Source: an uncultured Gammaproteobacteria bacterium
GTDB taxonomy: Bacteria; Patescibacteriota; Microgenomatia; PFEM01; DATLAM01
NCBI GenBank assembly: GCA_964566925.1
Contig: CAZMIZ010000002.1
Coordinates: 8,647 to 72,646 of the forward strand
Direction: 5' to 3'
DNA: 64,000 nt
Part shown: positions 16,431 to 29,740 of the stretch, piece after piece
How positions within the stretch are numbered: the stretch's first letter is position 1
Layout of the letters: every line of letters begins with the position of its first letter
Position numbers and translations under genes: made by a program
Notes under the pieces: model-generated
Database searches by the model: none
The model's input: only the letters and a program-made list of their open reading frames with translations
Told to the model about the DNA's origin: nothing

Positions 16431-19046
16431 TTACTTCTCTAAACAGGTCATCGCGGCCACCGAATCACCTTTTTTACTAAAGCGCATTAAAATGACTCCT
16501 TGAGTTGCCCGCCCGATTCGGGGGATGTTTTTAAGGGGCAGTTTAATTACTTGAGCCTTTTTACTGGTCAGAATAATTTCTTTGACTCCTTGGTTGACTA
16601 GCCGGGAAACAATAATTTTACCAGTTTTTTTGGTGACATCAGCGGCCTTAACCCCAATTCCGCCTCGTTTTTGCAAAGGATATTCTTTAATCGCCGTTCT
16701 TTTACCAAGACCATTTTCCATAATCACCAGAATGTCGCGAAAGAATTTCTTCCGCCGGTCAGCCGGCTTTTTAGGTTTAGCCGAAAAAACTTCCATCCCA
16801 ACAACAGAATCACCTGATTTTAACCGAATACCCCTGACTCCCATTGTGTCTCGACCCATCGGTCGGGTGTCATTCTCATTAAAATGAATTGATTTACCGA
16901 AATAAGTTACCAGGAGAAGGTGATCACTCCCGGTAGTTGGTTTGACCCAACAGAGCTCATCTCCTCTTCTGAGCTTAATCGCAATTAAGCCCGAGGAGCG
17001 AATATTGGCAAATTTTTCAAGGGTTGTTTTTTTGATTATCCCTTTTTTCGTGGTCATAAAAAGATATTTGAATTTTTTTCTTAAAGAAGCTTCTTTAAGA
17101 TTTAAAACCGCCTGGATTTCTTCTCCCTGGTCAATGTTGATTAAGTTAATAGCTGCTTGACCTTTGGAGGTGCGGGTTCCTTCGGGGATTTCCCAGGCCG
17201 GAATCGAAAAGACACGACCCTTATTGGTGAAAAATAGAATATCATCATGAGTTTCGCCGGTCATGAAATGGGCAATTTCATCGGCTTCTTTGGTAGCCAT
17301 TCCGGTGACCCCCTTGCCGCCGCGTCGCTGAGAACGATAAGTCCCTACCGGAATTCGTTTAATGTAGCCGGTTTTAGTGAGAGTAATTAGGCATTTTTCT
17401 TTTGGCACTAAATCTTTTTCTGAAAATTCTTCTATTGGCTGCTGGAAAACCTTCGTTCTTCGAGGATCAGCGTATTTTTTCTGAAGGGCAAGCAGTTCTT
17501 TTCTGATTAACCCTAAGATTTTATCGGGATGAGAAAGAAGGTCACTAAGATGAACAATCTGTTGGCCAATTTTTTGATATTCATCTTCAATTTTTTGTCG
17601 CTCTAGGGCGGCCAGTCTTCTTAGCCTCATTTCTAAAATGGCATTAGCCTGAATTTCGCTAAGCTTAAACTTTTTCATTAACCGGTTTTGGGCAATCTCC
17701 GGCGTTTTAGATCTTTTAATCGTGGCAATGACCTCGTCCAGATTATCAAGGGCGATCTTTAGGCCTTCTAGAATATGAGCCCGGTTTTTAGCCGCCTCAA
17801 GCTCAAAAATGCTTCGTCGACTGACTACCTGCTGACGATGTTTAATGTATTCAGTTAAAATCTGTTTTAAGGTTAAGGTTTGAGGAGTGCCATCTACTAA
17901 GGCGACCATATTAACCGGATAAGTAGTTTGCATCGGGGTGAACTTGTAAAGATTATTTAGAATTGCCTTTGGTCTTCCTTGGCGTTTAAGGTCTAAGACG
18001 ATCCGCATACCTCGCCTATCCGACTCGTCCCTTAAATCGGTGATCCCCGTGATTTTTTTGGTTCGGACCAGGTGAGCAATTTTTTTGACTAAATTGGCCT
18101 TGTTAACCTGGTAAGGGATTTCACTGACAATAATCTGGAAGCGCCCCCTCTTTTTTTCTTCAATTTCCGCTTTGGCGCGCATCAGAATTTTCCCCTTACC
18201 GGTAGTATATGCTTGGGCAATTTCGTTTCGATTGTAGATGGAGGCCCCGGTAGGAAAATCAGGTCCCTTAACATAGTGCATCAGCTGTTCAACCGTCGCT
18301 TCTGACTCAAAAGAGGCGGAAAGAGCGCTTTTGGCTAGACTTTTTATTTCAGTAAGTCCATTTTTTTGTCGGTTATTTTCGTCAAGGCTGATCTTTTGGA
18401 TATTAAAGTCGTTTTCTCTTTTAGTTGTTTTTTGGGGCAGAATAGCCTTCCCTTTTTTGAGCATAAAAATTATGGCGCCAACAATTTCACCCAAGTTATG
18501 AGGCGGGATTTTGGTGGCCATCCCTACAGCGATACCGTCCGATCCCATAAGAAGCAGATTAGGTAAAAGAGCAGGGAGAAAGGCGGGTTCTTTCAGGCTG
18601 CCGTCAAAATTCTCAATAAAACTCACCGTTTTTTTATCAAGATCGGCTAGTATCTCTGAAGTGATGGTAGCCATTCTGACTTCGGTATAACGCATGGCGG
18701 CGGCCGAATCGCCATCGATAGAGCCAAAATTACCCTGGCCATCAATTAAAGGATAGCGCATCGAGAAATCTTGGGCCAGGCGAACTAAGGAATCATAAAT
18801 GGCCATATCGCCGTGAGGGTGATATTTACCCATCGTTTCCCCTACGACTTTGGCGCTTTTAGTGTAGCGGGCAGAATGATAAAGGCCCATTTGTTGCATG
18901 GCGTAGAGAATTCTTCTATGAACCGGCTTCAAACCATCACGAACATCAGGGAGAGCCCGAGCGACAATAACACTCATGGCGTAGTCCAGATAGGACCTTT
19001 TCATTTCCTCAGTAATTGGTACTGGTTTAACTTTCCCAATCTTCAT
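16431..19046 (-). CDS. gyrA: DNA gyrase subunit A
   Basis: [23 protein letters not shown], GyrA box QRRGGKG. Confidence 0.98.
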   Translation of the reverse strand: MKIGKVKPVPITEEMKRSYLDYAMSVIVARALPDVRDGLKPVHRRILYAMQQMGLYHSARYTKSAKVVGETMGKYHPHGDMAIYDSLVRLAQDFSMRYPLIDGQGNFGSIDGDSAAAMRYTEVRMATITSEILADLDKKTVSFIENFDGSLKEPAFLPALLPNLLLMGSDGIAVGMATKIPPHNLGEIVGAIIFMLKKGKAILPQKTTKRENDFNIQKISLDENNRQKNGLTEIKSLAKSALSASFESEATVEQLMHYVKGPDFPTGASIYNRNEIAQAYTTGKGKILMRAKAEIEEKKRGRFQIIVSEIPYQVNKANLVKKIAHLVRTKKITGITDLRDESDRRGMRIVLDLKRQGRPKAILNNLYKFTPMQTTYPVNMVALVDGTPQTLTLKQILTEYIKHRQQVVSRRSIFELEAAKNRAHILEGLKIALDNLDEVIATIKRSKTPEIAQNRLMKKFKLSEIQANAILEMRLRRLAALERQKIEDEYQKIGQQIVHLSDLLSHPDKILGLIRKELLALQKKYADPRRTKVFQQPIEEFSEKDLVPKEKCLITLTKTGYIKRIPVGTYRSQRRGGKGVTGMATKEADEIAHFMTGETHDDILFFTNKGRVFSIPAWEIPEGTRTSKGQAAINLINIDQGEEIQAVLNLKEASLRKKFKYLFMTTKKGIIKKTTLEKFANIRSSGLIAIKLRRGDELCWVKPTTGSDHLLLVTYFGKSIHFNENDTRPMGRDTMGVRGIRLKSGDSVVGMEVFSAKPKKPADRRKKFFRDILVIMENGLGKRTAIKEYPLQKRGGIGVKAADVTKKTGKIIVSRLVNQGVKEIILTSKKAQVIKLPLKNIPRIGRATQGVILMRFSKKGDSVAAMTCLEK

Positions 19047-19050
19047 AAAT

Positions 19051-19983
19051 TTAACTGATTAAAACTTTCTTTATTTCCGGAGTGATTTGCTTTTTGCGGG
19101 AAAGGCGGGGACCAATGTCAAGAAGGTTCTTCTCTCCCCGACCGCTAAAGGCTTGTTCAGCAATTTTTTTGTCCTGGTCATCAATATAAATCAAAACACT
19201 CTTTCCTTTTAAAATATCTGTGACCACGCAATAAATATGGTCCAATTTCTGCTCAGACTTAACTACCCGCATCGCTTTAATTAATTGAACTATCATTTTC
19301 AGAACTTTGTCTTGTTCGACTGTTTCAATCTGATTAATTAAAGTGTGTTTCCCGCCAAAGTCAGAAACTTTATAATCGACAGTAACAATCTGTTTTGGGG
19401 TTAAATGGCCGAGATTTGATTTTGCTTTAAATTGTTCGAAGGTTAATTTTTTAACGTCAAGACCAGTCTGCTTAGCCAGTTTTTGAACGGTTTTCCGATC
19501 CGGTTCAGCAGTAGTGGGTGACTTTAAGCCAAGCGTATCAGAAAGAATCGCTGCCAACATTAATTTAGCTGTTTTTGATTTTGGTTGAAGATTATTCTGT
19601 TGGAAATATTCGTAAACGATCGTACTTGATGACCCCCAGGGCCGAATATCAATTTTAATTGGTTTATTAAGATCAAGATGAACTCGGCGATGATCAATAA
19701 TTTCAATGATTTGATCAGCATCTAGACCTTCCAGCCTTTGGCTTTCCTCGTTATGATCAATTAAGATCACCTTGTCTTCTTTATTGATGTCTTTTTGACT
19801 AATCAAATCAGGCAGAGGAACCGAGAATTTATTAAAGACATATTGGGTTTCGTTATTAACTGGATCACACCGAACGGGAATAACGTTTTTTTGACCGAGA
19901 GCAGTTAAAAGGTCTGCATAAGCAATCGGGGCGACAATGGCGTCCAGATCTGGTTGGCGATGGCCGATGATATAGGTTTTCAT
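19051..19983 (-). CDS. ppaC: Mn-dependent inorganic pyrophosphatase (DHH family)
   Basis: [26 protein letters not shown]. Confidence 0.9.
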   Translation of the reverse strand: MKTYIIGHRQPDLDAIVAPIAYADLLTALGQKNVIPVRCDPVNNETQYVFNKFSVPLPDLISQKDINKEDKVILIDHNEESQRLEGLDADQIIEIIDHRRVHLDLNKPIKIDIRPWGSSSTIVYEYFQQNNLQPKSKTAKLMLAAILSDTLGLKSPTTAEPDRKTVQKLAKQTGLDVKKLTFEQFKAKSNLGHLTPKQIVTVDYKVSDFGGKHTLINQIETVEQDKVLKMIVQLIKAMRVVKSEQKLDHIYCVVTDILKGKSVLIYIDDQDKKIAEQAFSGRGEKNLLDIGPRLSRKKQITPEIKKVLIS

Positions 19984-19986
19984 TTT

Positions 19987-21963
<1,977 letters not shown>

Positions 21964-21984
21964 TCATTTAGACTTAATTTGGCC

Positions 21985-22707
21985 TCATTTTTGACTAGGA
22001 AAAGAGAGAAGAAGAGATTCAATTACCAGGCGAGGATTAACGTTTGCTTCTAGCAGAGTTAGGGACTTTTGGACCGCATTTATTGCCTGGATAGCTTGTT
22101 GGGGACTAAAGAAAAATCGAGTTTTGGGCGGAGAATTTATTCCTGTCAGGAGTATTTTCCGCCAGATTAGAAGTTGGTGCTGACAAAATTCAATTGCCTG
22201 ATCGCGATTTTTGGCTAATTTTTCCGCTAGCTTAACTCTTTCCCCTACCCCGCTTTTTAAAATCTTAATGAGAACAGTTCGTTGACTGGCGATGGCCGCC
22301 TTGCCTAGTTTAATCTCTGTTTTGGCCGGGAGATTAATTAATTGGCAGCGAGAAATAATTGTCGGTAGGAGGAAGTCAACTTTGGCGGTGGCGAGAATAA
22401 TTAAACTTTTCGCCGGAGGCTCTTCTAGGGTTTTAAGCAGAGCATTTTGGGCAGGGATAGTCAGCTTTTTTGCTTGATTAATCAAGGCCGCTTTTATAGG
22501 TGATGAGTAAGGTTTTAAAGCCAGTTTTTTCTGAAGCCCGCGGATGGTGGTAATTCCAATCGAAGCGGCGGGTTTAATCAGAAGCAAATCAGGGTGGCCT
22601 TTTTCGAAATCGATTTTATGATTAAGATTTTTTTCGATAATTTCCTTGGCTTTCGCCAAGCGGTCTGACTGACAACCGCCAACGATAAGTTGAGCATGAA
22701 TCATCAA
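21985..22707 (-). CDS. holB: DNA polymerase III delta' subunit-like
   Basis: HPD, AQNALLKTLEEPP, LLPTIISRC. Confidence 0.85.
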   Translation of the reverse strand: MMIHAQLIVGGCQSDRLAKAKEIIEKNLNHKIDFEKGHPDLLLIKPAASIGITTIRGLQKKLALKPYSSPIKAALINQAKKLTIPAQNALLKTLEEPPAKSLIILATAKVDFLLPTIISRCQLINLPAKTEIKLGKAAIASQRTVLIKILKSGVGERVKLAEKLAKNRDQAIEFCQHQLLIWRKILLTGINSPPKTRFFFSPQQAIQAINAVQKSLTLLEANVNPRLVIESLLLSFPSQK

Positions 22708-22708
22708 G

Positions 22709-22738
22709 TTGACATTTTATCACAGGAATAGTTAAGAT
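22709..22738 (+). promoter_or_regulatory. Promoter of the pilus operon
   Basis: TTGACA-18-TAAGAT upstream of ATG 22754. Confidence 0.6.
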
Positions 22739-22753
22739 AGTAGTAACAAGAGC

Positions 22754-24493
22754 ATGCCCAATCCAACTGTCCAATCCCAGACTTCTTCTGTTCCGGAAAC
22801 GATTGCCGATGTTTTGGCGGCCGAAGGTGCCTTGACTCCGGCCCAGCTTGACCAAATTAAACTGGAGCATATCAACACCGGCAAAGATGTTAAGAAAATT
22901 ATTGTTGAACAAAACTTTGTTTCTGAAGATCAGTTGGCCCGTGCTTCCGCTCACTTTCACAATATTCCCTTTGTTAGTCTTGACGAGACTGGAATTGCCC
23001 CCGAAGCTTTAACCTATCTTCCCCAGGCAGTGGCCGAGCGATACAATCTAATTCCCTTTGGCTATAGTCGAGAGAAAAACGAGCTTTCGGTGGCCATGGT
23101 GGATCCCCTAGATTTGGCGGCGATCGAATTTCTCGAAAAAAAAGCAGGCACCAAGGTGAAGCCTTATCAGGCTACTCGGGAGGCGATCCAAAAAGCAATT
23201 AGTGAAAGGTATGCTAAAGGTCTGACGACTGAAGTTAAAGCGGCTCTTAAAGAAGCGGGCGAAGAGCCAACTCCAACAAAAGCGGTGGATATCACTAAAT
23301 TGGGAGAGGTAATTAGAGAGGCGCCGGTTGCCAAGATTGTCTCGACCGTTCTCGAATTCGCTATCCGGGCTCGGGCATCTGATATCCATATCGAGCCTGA
23401 AGAAGATAAAACTCGAGTTCGCTATCGAATCGATGGTATCCTTCACGAAAAATTGATTTTACCAAAAAAGGTTCACGAGGCCGTTGTTTCCCGCATAAAA
23501 ATTCTCTCCGGAATGAAGATTGATGAGAAAAGAGTTCCTCAGGACGGAAGATTTAATTTCAAAGTGAGTGATAAAGAAGTTGATCTTCGGGTTTCCTGTT
23601 TGCCGACATCTCATGGTGAAAAGATTGTCATGAGGCTTCTTAAAAAGGGTGGTAAAATTCCCACTCTGCCTGATTTAGGCCTACGCGGGCGGGCGCTGAA
23701 TAACTTAGAGGAGGCGATTTTAAAGCCTCACGGAATTATTATTGTCTGTGGACCGACTGGCTCTGGGAAAACGACGACCCTCTACTCGCTTCTTGATAAA
23801 ATTAACACGACAAAAATTAATATCATGACCCTGGAAGATCCGATTGAATATCGGATTATGGGTGTTAATCAGGTTCAGGTAAACCCTGGGGCTGGCTTGA
23901 CTTTTGCCTCGGGATTACGAAGCTTTGTTCGCCAAGATCCGGATGTGATTTTAGTGGGCGAGATTCGAGACCAAGAGACTACTGAATTGGCTGTTCAGGC
24001 CGCCTTGACTGGGCACCTCGTTTTCTCTACTCTTCATACCAATGATGCCGCCGGGGCCATTCCTAGACTTTTGGATTTAGGGGCAGAGCCTTTCTTACTT
24101 GCCTCGGCAATGACTTGTGTGGTTGGTCAACGAATTTGCCGTCGAATTTGTACTGCCTGCAAAGAGGCTTATAAACCGGAAGCGCCTGTAGCTGAAGATA
24201 TTAAAAAAATTCTTGACAAACTTTATAAAGAACCGGAGGGCGGTTTGAAGCTCTATCGGGGCAAGAAATGTCCTGAATGTAACAGCACTGGCTATTTTGG
24301 CCGAGTGGGAATATTTGAAGTTTTACCGATAACCGAAAAGGTAGGACGCCTGATTCTAGAACGATCGCCAGCCAGCGACATCGAAAAACAGGCGCTAGAA
24401 GAGGGTATGATTACCATGAAACAAGATGGCTATCTTAAAGTTTTAGAAGGAACGACAACAATTGAAGAAGTCCTTCGGGTAGCTGAAGAATAG
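22754..24493 (+). CDS. pilB: Type IV pilus assembly ATPase PilB/GspE
   Basis: ASDIHIEP, GPTGSGKTTT, RQDPD, TGHLV, CxxC pairs. Confidence 0.95.
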   Translation: MPNPTVQSQTSSVPETIADVLAAEGALTPAQLDQIKLEHINTGKDVKKIIVEQNFVSEDQLARASAHFHNIPFVSLDETGIAPEALTYLPQAVAERYNLIPFGYSREKNELSVAMVDPLDLAAIEFLEKKAGTKVKPYQATREAIQKAISERYAKGLTTEVKAALKEAGEEPTPTKAVDITKLGEVIREAPVAKIVSTVLEFAIRARASDIHIEPEEDKTRVRYRIDGILHEKLILPKKVHEAVVSRIKILSGMKIDEKRVPQDGRFNFKVSDKEVDLRVSCLPTSHGEKIVMRLLKKGGKIPTLPDLGLRGRALNNLEEAILKPHGIIIVCGPTGSGKTTTLYSLLDKINTTKINIMTLEDPIEYRIMGVNQVQVNPGAGLTFASGLRSFVRQDPDVILVGEIRDQETTELAVQAALTGHLVFSTLHTNDAAGAIPRLLDLGAEPFLLASAMTCVVGQRICRRICTACKEAYKPEAPVAEDIKKILDKLYKEPEGGLKLYRGKKCPECNSTGYFGRVGIFEVLPITEKVGRLILERSPASDIEKQALEEGMITMKQDGYLKVLEGTTTIEEVLRVAEE

Positions 24494-24496
24494 GAG

Positions 24497-25576
24497 GTGA
24501 CGATGGCTGAAATAAAAAAGTATCTTGAATTAGCCGTCAACAAGCGGGCTTCGGATATTCATTTGATCGTCGGTATGCCTCCGATGTTGAGGGTGGAAGG
24601 TTTGATTATGCCTGTCCCTGGAGAGCCACCCTTAACTTCCGAGAAAGCTAAAGAGTTAGTTTTTTCCCTGGTCAACGAAGAGCAAAAGGAAATCTTATTG
24701 GTTAATCGAGAGATCGATTTCTCTTTTCCTTACGGTGAGGCAGCTCGTTTCCGAGTTAACGCTTACCACCAAAAGGGACATCTTTCAGCTGCCTTGAGAT
24801 TGATCCCAATTAAAATTCCGGCGATTGATGAACTGAATCTTCCCAAAATATGCCATAATTTTGCCAAACTCCACCAAGGATTTATTCTGGTTACTGGCCC
24901 GACCGGTCATGGTAAATCGACCACCTTGGCCGCAATCATCGAGGAGATCAATCAAAGCCGGAAGGAACACATTATTACCATTGAGGATCCGATTGAATAT
25001 GTTTTCACTCCCAAAGAATCGATTATCTCCCAAAGAGAGTTACGAGCCGACACTCACTCCTGGGAAATTGCCTTACGAAGTGCCCTCCGTGAAGATCCGA
25101 ACGTGGTCATGGTTGGCGAGATGCGCGACCACGAAACAGTTGCTTCTGCTTTAACTATCGCCGAAACAGGTCATCTAGTTTTCGCCACTCTTCATACCAA
25201 CAGTGCGGCCCAGACAATCGATCGAATTGTTGATGTCTTTCCTTCCCATCAGCAAGGTCAAGTGAAAATGCAGCTTTCTTTAACCCTTGAAGCTGTTTTT
25301 TCCCAACGCCTCCTTCCTTCTCTTAAAGGAGGAAGAGTGGTGGCCGCTGAGATTATGTTAGCCACCCCCGCAGTGAAAAACGCTATCAGAGAAGGGAAAA
25401 CTCACCTTCTTGATAACACTATTCTTACTTCGGTTGAGCTGGGAATGAGAACTCTAGAGATGGACCTGGCTGATTTAGTGAAGGCTGGAAAAGTCAGCCT
25501 TGAGGTGGCTCAAGCCTATGCTTTAAGGCCAGCCGACTTGATGCGCCAGGTGAGAGGCAGTAATGGCAAAATTTGA
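24497..25576 (+). CDS. pilT: Pilus retraction ATPase PilT
   Basis: GPTGHGKSTT, LREDP, AETGHLV, AIREGK. Confidence 0.95.
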   Translation: MTMAEIKKYLELAVNKRASDIHLIVGMPPMLRVEGLIMPVPGEPPLTSEKAKELVFSLVNEEQKEILLVNREIDFSFPYGEAARFRVNAYHQKGHLSAALRLIPIKIPAIDELNLPKICHNFAKLHQGFILVTGPTGHGKSTTLAAIIEEINQSRKEHIITIEDPIEYVFTPKESIISQRELRADTHSWEIALRSALREDPNVVMVGEMRDHETVASALTIAETGHLVFATLHTNSAAQTIDRIVDVFPSHQQGQVKMQLSLTLEAVFSQRLLPSLKGGRVVAAEIMLATPAVKNAIREGKTHLLDNTILTSVELGMRTLEMDLADLVKAGKVSLEVAQAYALRPADLMRQVRGSNGKI

Positions 25577-26768
25577 TTACCGAGCAAAAGACAAGGAAGG
25601 AAGAATTTCGAAGGGAATAGTTGAGTCGAGAGACGAGAAGCAGGCGGTGAGGATTCTTCATGAGCGAAACCTAATTGTCATCTCTCTGAAACCAGTAGCT
25701 AAAGGTCTTTTTTCGGAAGCGAGAAAAGGGGTTTTTGCTCGGGTCGGGATTGCCGATTTGGTCAAGTTCACCCGCCAGCTCTCGACGATGTTTTCAGCGG
25801 GACTCCCCCTCACCGATGCCTTAACGATCCTTAGAACCCAGGCTAGTCCCCAAATGTCAACTATTGTGGAGGCTATTCTTCGGGATGTCGAAGGAGGGTC
25901 TGGTTTAGCTGATGCCATGGCGCGCCATCCTCAGGTATTTGATGAAATTTATGTCGCCTTGATCCGCTCAGGAGAGGCAGCTGGAGTTTTAGATAAAGTC
26001 CTTACCCGATTAGCAGACAATTTAGAAAAGCGGCAGGAGTTTCTTAGTCGCGTTAAAGGAGCGATGGTTTACCCAATAATCGTGGTGGCGGGAATGGGAG
26101 TGGTTGCCGCGATTATGATCATTTTTGTTATTCCCCGATTAATGGTTCTCTATGAGGAATTTGAAGCCGAACTTCCAGTGACGACCAAAATTTTGCTTGC
26201 CCTTTCTAAAATGCTTACTTCTTATTGGTGGTTGAGTTTAATTTTAGTGATCGGAGGCGGTCTGGCCTTGCGGGCATTTATTAATACCCCTTTTGGGAGA
26301 AGGCGTTACGACGCTTTTCTTTTCCATTTGCCAGTTTTTGGCAACCTCCGGCGTCAGATGATGCTGACCGAATTTACCCGTACTTTTGGCCTCTTGGCGG
26401 GCGCGGGGATTCTCGTGGTTGACGCGATTAACATTTTAAAAGGTTCGATGAATAGCCCCATTTACCAAGAGGCTCTCGTTGAGGCCAGTGATCAAGTGGA
26501 AAAAGGCCTTCCTTTAGCGACCGCATTAGCAAAGACCGAAGTTTTTCCACCGATTCTCCCTCAAATGATTGCCGTTGGTGAAGAAACAGGTAAATTAGAA
26601 GAAGTTTTCAGTAAAGTTTCGGCCTATTTCGAGCAAGAGGCTGATGGTGCTGTGCGTAGCTTGACAACTGCTCTTGAGCCTCTTATCATGGTTTTACTAG
26701 GAATCGGCGTGGGTTTTTTGATTATTTCGGTGATCATGCCGATTTATAATTTGACATCTCAATTTTAA
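25563..26768 (+). CDS. pilC: Type IV pilus platform protein PilC/GspF
   Basis: FTRQLSTM, GEAAG, GEETG, LEP duplicated T2SSF domains. Confidence 0.95.
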   Translation: MAKFDYRAKDKEGRISKGIVESRDEKQAVRILHERNLIVISLKPVAKGLFSEARKGVFARVGIADLVKFTRQLSTMFSAGLPLTDALTILRTQASPQMSTIVEAILRDVEGGSGLADAMARHPQVFDEIYVALIRSGEAAGVLDKVLTRLADNLEKRQEFLSRVKGAMVYPIIVVAGMGVVAAIMIIFVIPRLMVLYEEFEAELPVTTKILLALSKMLTSYWWLSLILVIGGGLALRAFINTPFGRRRYDAFLFHLPVFGNLRRQMMLTEFTRTFGLLAGAGILVVDAINILKGSMNSPIYQEALVEASDQVEKGLPLATALAKTEVFPPILPQMIAVGEETGKLEEVFSKVSAYFEQEADGAVRSLTTALEPLIMVLLGIGVGFLIISVIMPIYNLTSQF

Positions 26769-26851
26769 TTGAGAGGAAAATTATCGAGACGAGCGGAGCG
26801 CCGAAGCATAATTTAACATCTTAATTTTAAGAAGGGGGGTGAAAAAGAAAG

Positions 26852-27349
26852 GTGTTTAAAGGCAAAAAAGGGTTTACTTTAATTGAGCTTTTGGTGGTTA
26901 TTGGCATTTTAGGAATTTTGGCGATTGGCCTTTTGGCGGCCATTGATCCTTTTGAACAACTGAAAAAAGGCCGGGATACCAACCTAAGAAACGTGACGGT
27001 TGAATACGTCAACGCTCTCACACGATATTATGCCACTCATGGAACAATGCCTTGGGCAGAAGGAAGCGAGCCTGACGCGGATAGCCTTGATGATGCCACC
27101 GTACAGACCTATACCACTGCTTTAATTACTGACGGAGAGTTAAAGCCGGAATTTCAGGATGCCTTAGGAGATAACGCTGAAAAGATTTTTGTTACCGGTG
27201 TAGATGACCCCCTTCAGGCAATTGTTTGTTTTGATCCGGATTCAAGGTCTTTAAGTGCTGACGCCACGACAGTCTATAATGCTGATGGGTCGGATGCTAG
27301 CGCAACCTGTCCTGACGTGGCTGTGGAGTGTTATTGGTGCGCTCGATAG
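26852..27349 (+). CDS. Type IV pilin (possibly major pilin)
   Basis: KKG|FTLIELLVV class III signal; C-terminal Cys. Confidence 0.85.
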   Translation: MFKGKKGFTLIELLVVIGILGILAIGLLAAIDPFEQLKKGRDTNLRNVTVEYVNALTRYYATHGTMPWAEGSEPDADSLDDATVQTYTTALITDGELKPEFQDALGDNAEKIFVTGVDDPLQAIVCFDPDSRSLSADATTVYNADGSDASATCPDVAVECYWCAR

Positions 27350-27377
27350 AGTAAACTTGGTTTGAAAATTTAAAGGC

Positions 27378-28151
27378 ATGGTTATTATCCTGCCCTTCTT
27401 ATTTTTAGCTGGGTTAGCGGTTGGGAGTTTTTTAAATTGTCTTATTTTTCGATTAAACAAGGGTTTCTCTCCTCTTAAGGGTCGGTCTTTTTGTCCAAAG
27501 TGTCAACACCAACTTAGCTGGAAAGATAATTTCCCCCTTTTCTCTTTTGCTTTCTTAAAGGGCCGCTGTCGTTATTGCCACTCCCCTATTTCTTGGCAAT
27601 ACCCCCTAGTTGAACTAGCCACGGGGATCTTGACCCTATTCATTATTCATTATTCATTATTCATTCTTGGTGAGAGCTTCTTAATGACGCTTGACTATTT
27701 ACTAATCACTTATGCTCTAATTGTTATTTTTATTTCCGATTTTCGTTACGGCACCATCCCCGATGAAATTGTTTTCCCAGCTATAGGTTTAGCTTTTTGG
27801 GCATCAATCATCAATCATCAATCATCAATCATCAATTTCCTTCTCGCCGGCCTTGGGAGCGCTGGATTTTTTCTGATTTTAAGAGTAATTACCCGAGGCA
27901 AAGGCATGGGTATGGGCGACGTCAAACTGGCCGGTTTAATGGGTTTGTTTTTAGGCTGGCCCAATATCGTGGTCGCCTTCTATTTAGCTTTCTTGACAGG
28001 AGGTTTGGTCGGTGTCATACTGATTTTACTTGGTAAAAAACGATTTGGTCAGCATTTACCCTTTGGCCCGTTCTTAACGATAGCGACGGGGATTGCCTTT
28101 TTTGGGGAAGACGCAATATGGAAATTTATAGGGAAAATATTAGGTTATTAA
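27378..28151 (+). CDS. pilD: Prepilin peptidase (A24)
   Basis: GSFLN, RSFCPKC, GRCRYC, GMGDVKL, PFGPFL. Confidence 0.95.
   Translation: MVIILPFLFLAGLAVGSFLNCLIFRLNKGFSPLKGRSFCPKCQHQLSWKDNFPLFSFAFLKGRCRYCHSPISWQYPLVELATGILTLFIIHYSLFILGESFLMTLDYLLITYALIVIFISDFRYGTIPDEIVFPAIGLAFWASIINHQSSIINFLLAGLGSAGFFLILRVITRGKGMGMGDVKLAGLMGLFLGWPNIVVAFYLAFLTGGLVGVILILLGKKRFGQHLPFGPFLTIATGIAFFGEDAIWKFIGKILGY
27637..27664. repeat. Heptamer tandem repeat (TATTCAT)x4 in pilD
   Basis: Read directly. Confidence 0.9.
27802..27836. repeat. Heptamer tandem repeat (CATCAAT)x5 in pilD
   Basis: Read directly. Confidence 0.9.
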
Positions 28152-28774
28152 GGACAGGCAGACAGAGAAAAAAAGTCGCTAAGGGTTTTACCTTGATGGA
28201 ACTTTTGGTGGTGGTGGGCCTTTTGGCGATTTTAGCTTTAGCCATTCTTCTAGCCATCAATCCAAAGACCCAAATTGATAAAGCCCATGATAGCCGGAGA
28301 AAGTCTGATCTGAGAATGCTTCAGACCGCTTTAGAAGATTATTATAATGACCACAACCGCTATCCTGGCGATTTGAATGAGTTGGCCCCTGATTACCTGG
28401 CTAAGATCCCGACTGATCCGGCCACTCAGACAGGCTATGCTTACTCACCAACAGGCAATGATACCTATCGGATTTATGTCGACTTAGGTAATAATCAGGA
28501 TCCCGATATTGATGATGCTGGCTGTGAAAGTGGTTGTGGACCGGGAGGCGGGACTACCGGGGGAAGTTGTGCTTATGATTATGGCGTTTCCAGTTCGAAT
28601 GCAGAATTAGAAAGCTGTACCGATTGTACTTTTGGTTGTCAAGGTGCGGTTTGTAACGAGCTGAAACGTTGTGATGGAGCGACCGAGAATTGCTGGGAAT
28701 GCCCCCGCTGGTTTTGCAGTTCTGATTGTGAAGGGCTCTGTACCAATCCAAGCTATCATTGTACTTTAAAATGA
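28118..28774 (+). CDS. GspG-like pilin with Cys-rich C-terminal extension
   Basis: KG|FTLMELL; 14 Cys in the last ~85 aa. Confidence 0.85.
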   Translation: MEIYRENIRLLRTGRQRKKVAKGFTLMELLVVVGLLAILALAILLAINPKTQIDKAHDSRRKSDLRMLQTALEDYYNDHNRYPGDLNELAPDYLAKIPTDPATQTGYAYSPTGNDTYRIYVDLGNNQDPDIDDAGCESGCGPGGGTTGGSCAYDYGVSSSNAELESCTDCTFGCQGAVCNELKRCDGATENCWECPRWFCSSDCEGLCTNPSYHCTLK

Positions 28775-29244
28775 AAAAAGACAACTTATTTAGTCAGGTA
28801 GGCTTTACCTTAATCGAATTATTAGTGGCGATGGCGATTATCGCCATTTTGGCGACAGTCGGCTTGGGGGCTTTTTTTAGCTCCCAAATTAAAGGGCGTG
28901 ATACCCAAAGAAAGTCCGATTTAGGTCAAATTCAAAAAGGGCTAGAGATGTATCTGAATGACCATGGCCGCTATCCAGAAGCAGATGAATTTACTTGGGG
29001 AGCTAAATGGGAAGATTCTTCAGGAGAACTTTACATGAAAGAAGTGCCCCAAGACTCTAAATCAAGCGAGGGGGCGACCTATGACTACCAGGTCCCGACT
29101 GATGGCTCTGGATCTTGGTATAATCTCTATGCTAAACTGGAGAATGAAAAAGATTCGCAAGTAGAGGCCGGAGGTTATTCGGGTACCGATTGTGGCGATA
29201 GCGACCTTTGTAATTATAAAGTTTCTAGTCCAAACGCGCCCTAA
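28771..29244 (+). CDS. GspG-like pilin
   Basis: G|FTLIELL, RDTQRKSDL, LYAKLE. Confidence 0.85.
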   Translation: MKKDNLFSQVGFTLIELLVAMAIIAILATVGLGAFFSSQIKGRDTQRKSDLGQIQKGLEMYLNDHGRYPEADEFTWGAKWEDSSGELYMKEVPQDSKSSEGATYDYQVPTDGSGSWYNLYAKLENEKDSQVEAGGYSGTDCGDSDLCNYKVSSPNAP

Positions 29245-29726
29245 TGAAAACCCAAAACCTAAAACCTAAAACCCAAAACTTTGGCTTTACCTTAATTGAA
29301 CTTTTGGTCGTGATTTCCATTATTGGTATTCTCTCAGCCTTGATTTTGGTTAATTTTAATGCGGCTCGATCTCGGGCTCGTGATGCCCGACGAAAAGCGG
29401 AATTAGACCAGATAAAAAAGGCTCTTTTAATGTACTATAACGATCAAGCCCCCAGTCTTTATCCGGCTGATGGGGTTCTTGTTTTTGGGGAGACGTTTCA
29501 ACAGGGAGAAATGACCTACATGAGGGTTATCCCTGATGATCCGCTTACTCCTGACGCAGCTTATAATTATAGTCAAGTAGATTCTGGTCAGAATTTTTGC
29601 CTTTGGGCAACCCTCGAGAATTTGGCTGATAGCGATATTACTGCTTCGCAAGCGCGCTGTTCAACGCCTTGTAGTGGCGTTTCGGGAATAGATTCAGACA
29701 CCGACTATCTTGTTTGCGCGGATTAG
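29244..29726 (+). CDS. GspG-like pilin
   Basis: G|FTLIELL, RDARRKAEL, LWATLE. Confidence 0.85.
   Translation: MKTQNLKPKTQNFGFTLIELLVVISIIGILSALILVNFNAARSRARDARRKAELDQIKKALLMYYNDQAPSLYPADGVLVFGETFQQGEMTYMRVIPDDPLTPDAAYNYSQVDSGQNFCLWATLENLADSDITASQARCSTPCSGVSGIDSDTDYLVCAD
29247..29281. repeat. Heptamer tandem repeat (AAAACYY)x5 forming a pilin leader
   Basis: AAAACCC AAAACCT AAAACCT AAAACCC AAAACTT. Confidence 0.8.
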
Positions 29727-29740
29727 CGAATTAAAAGGAG

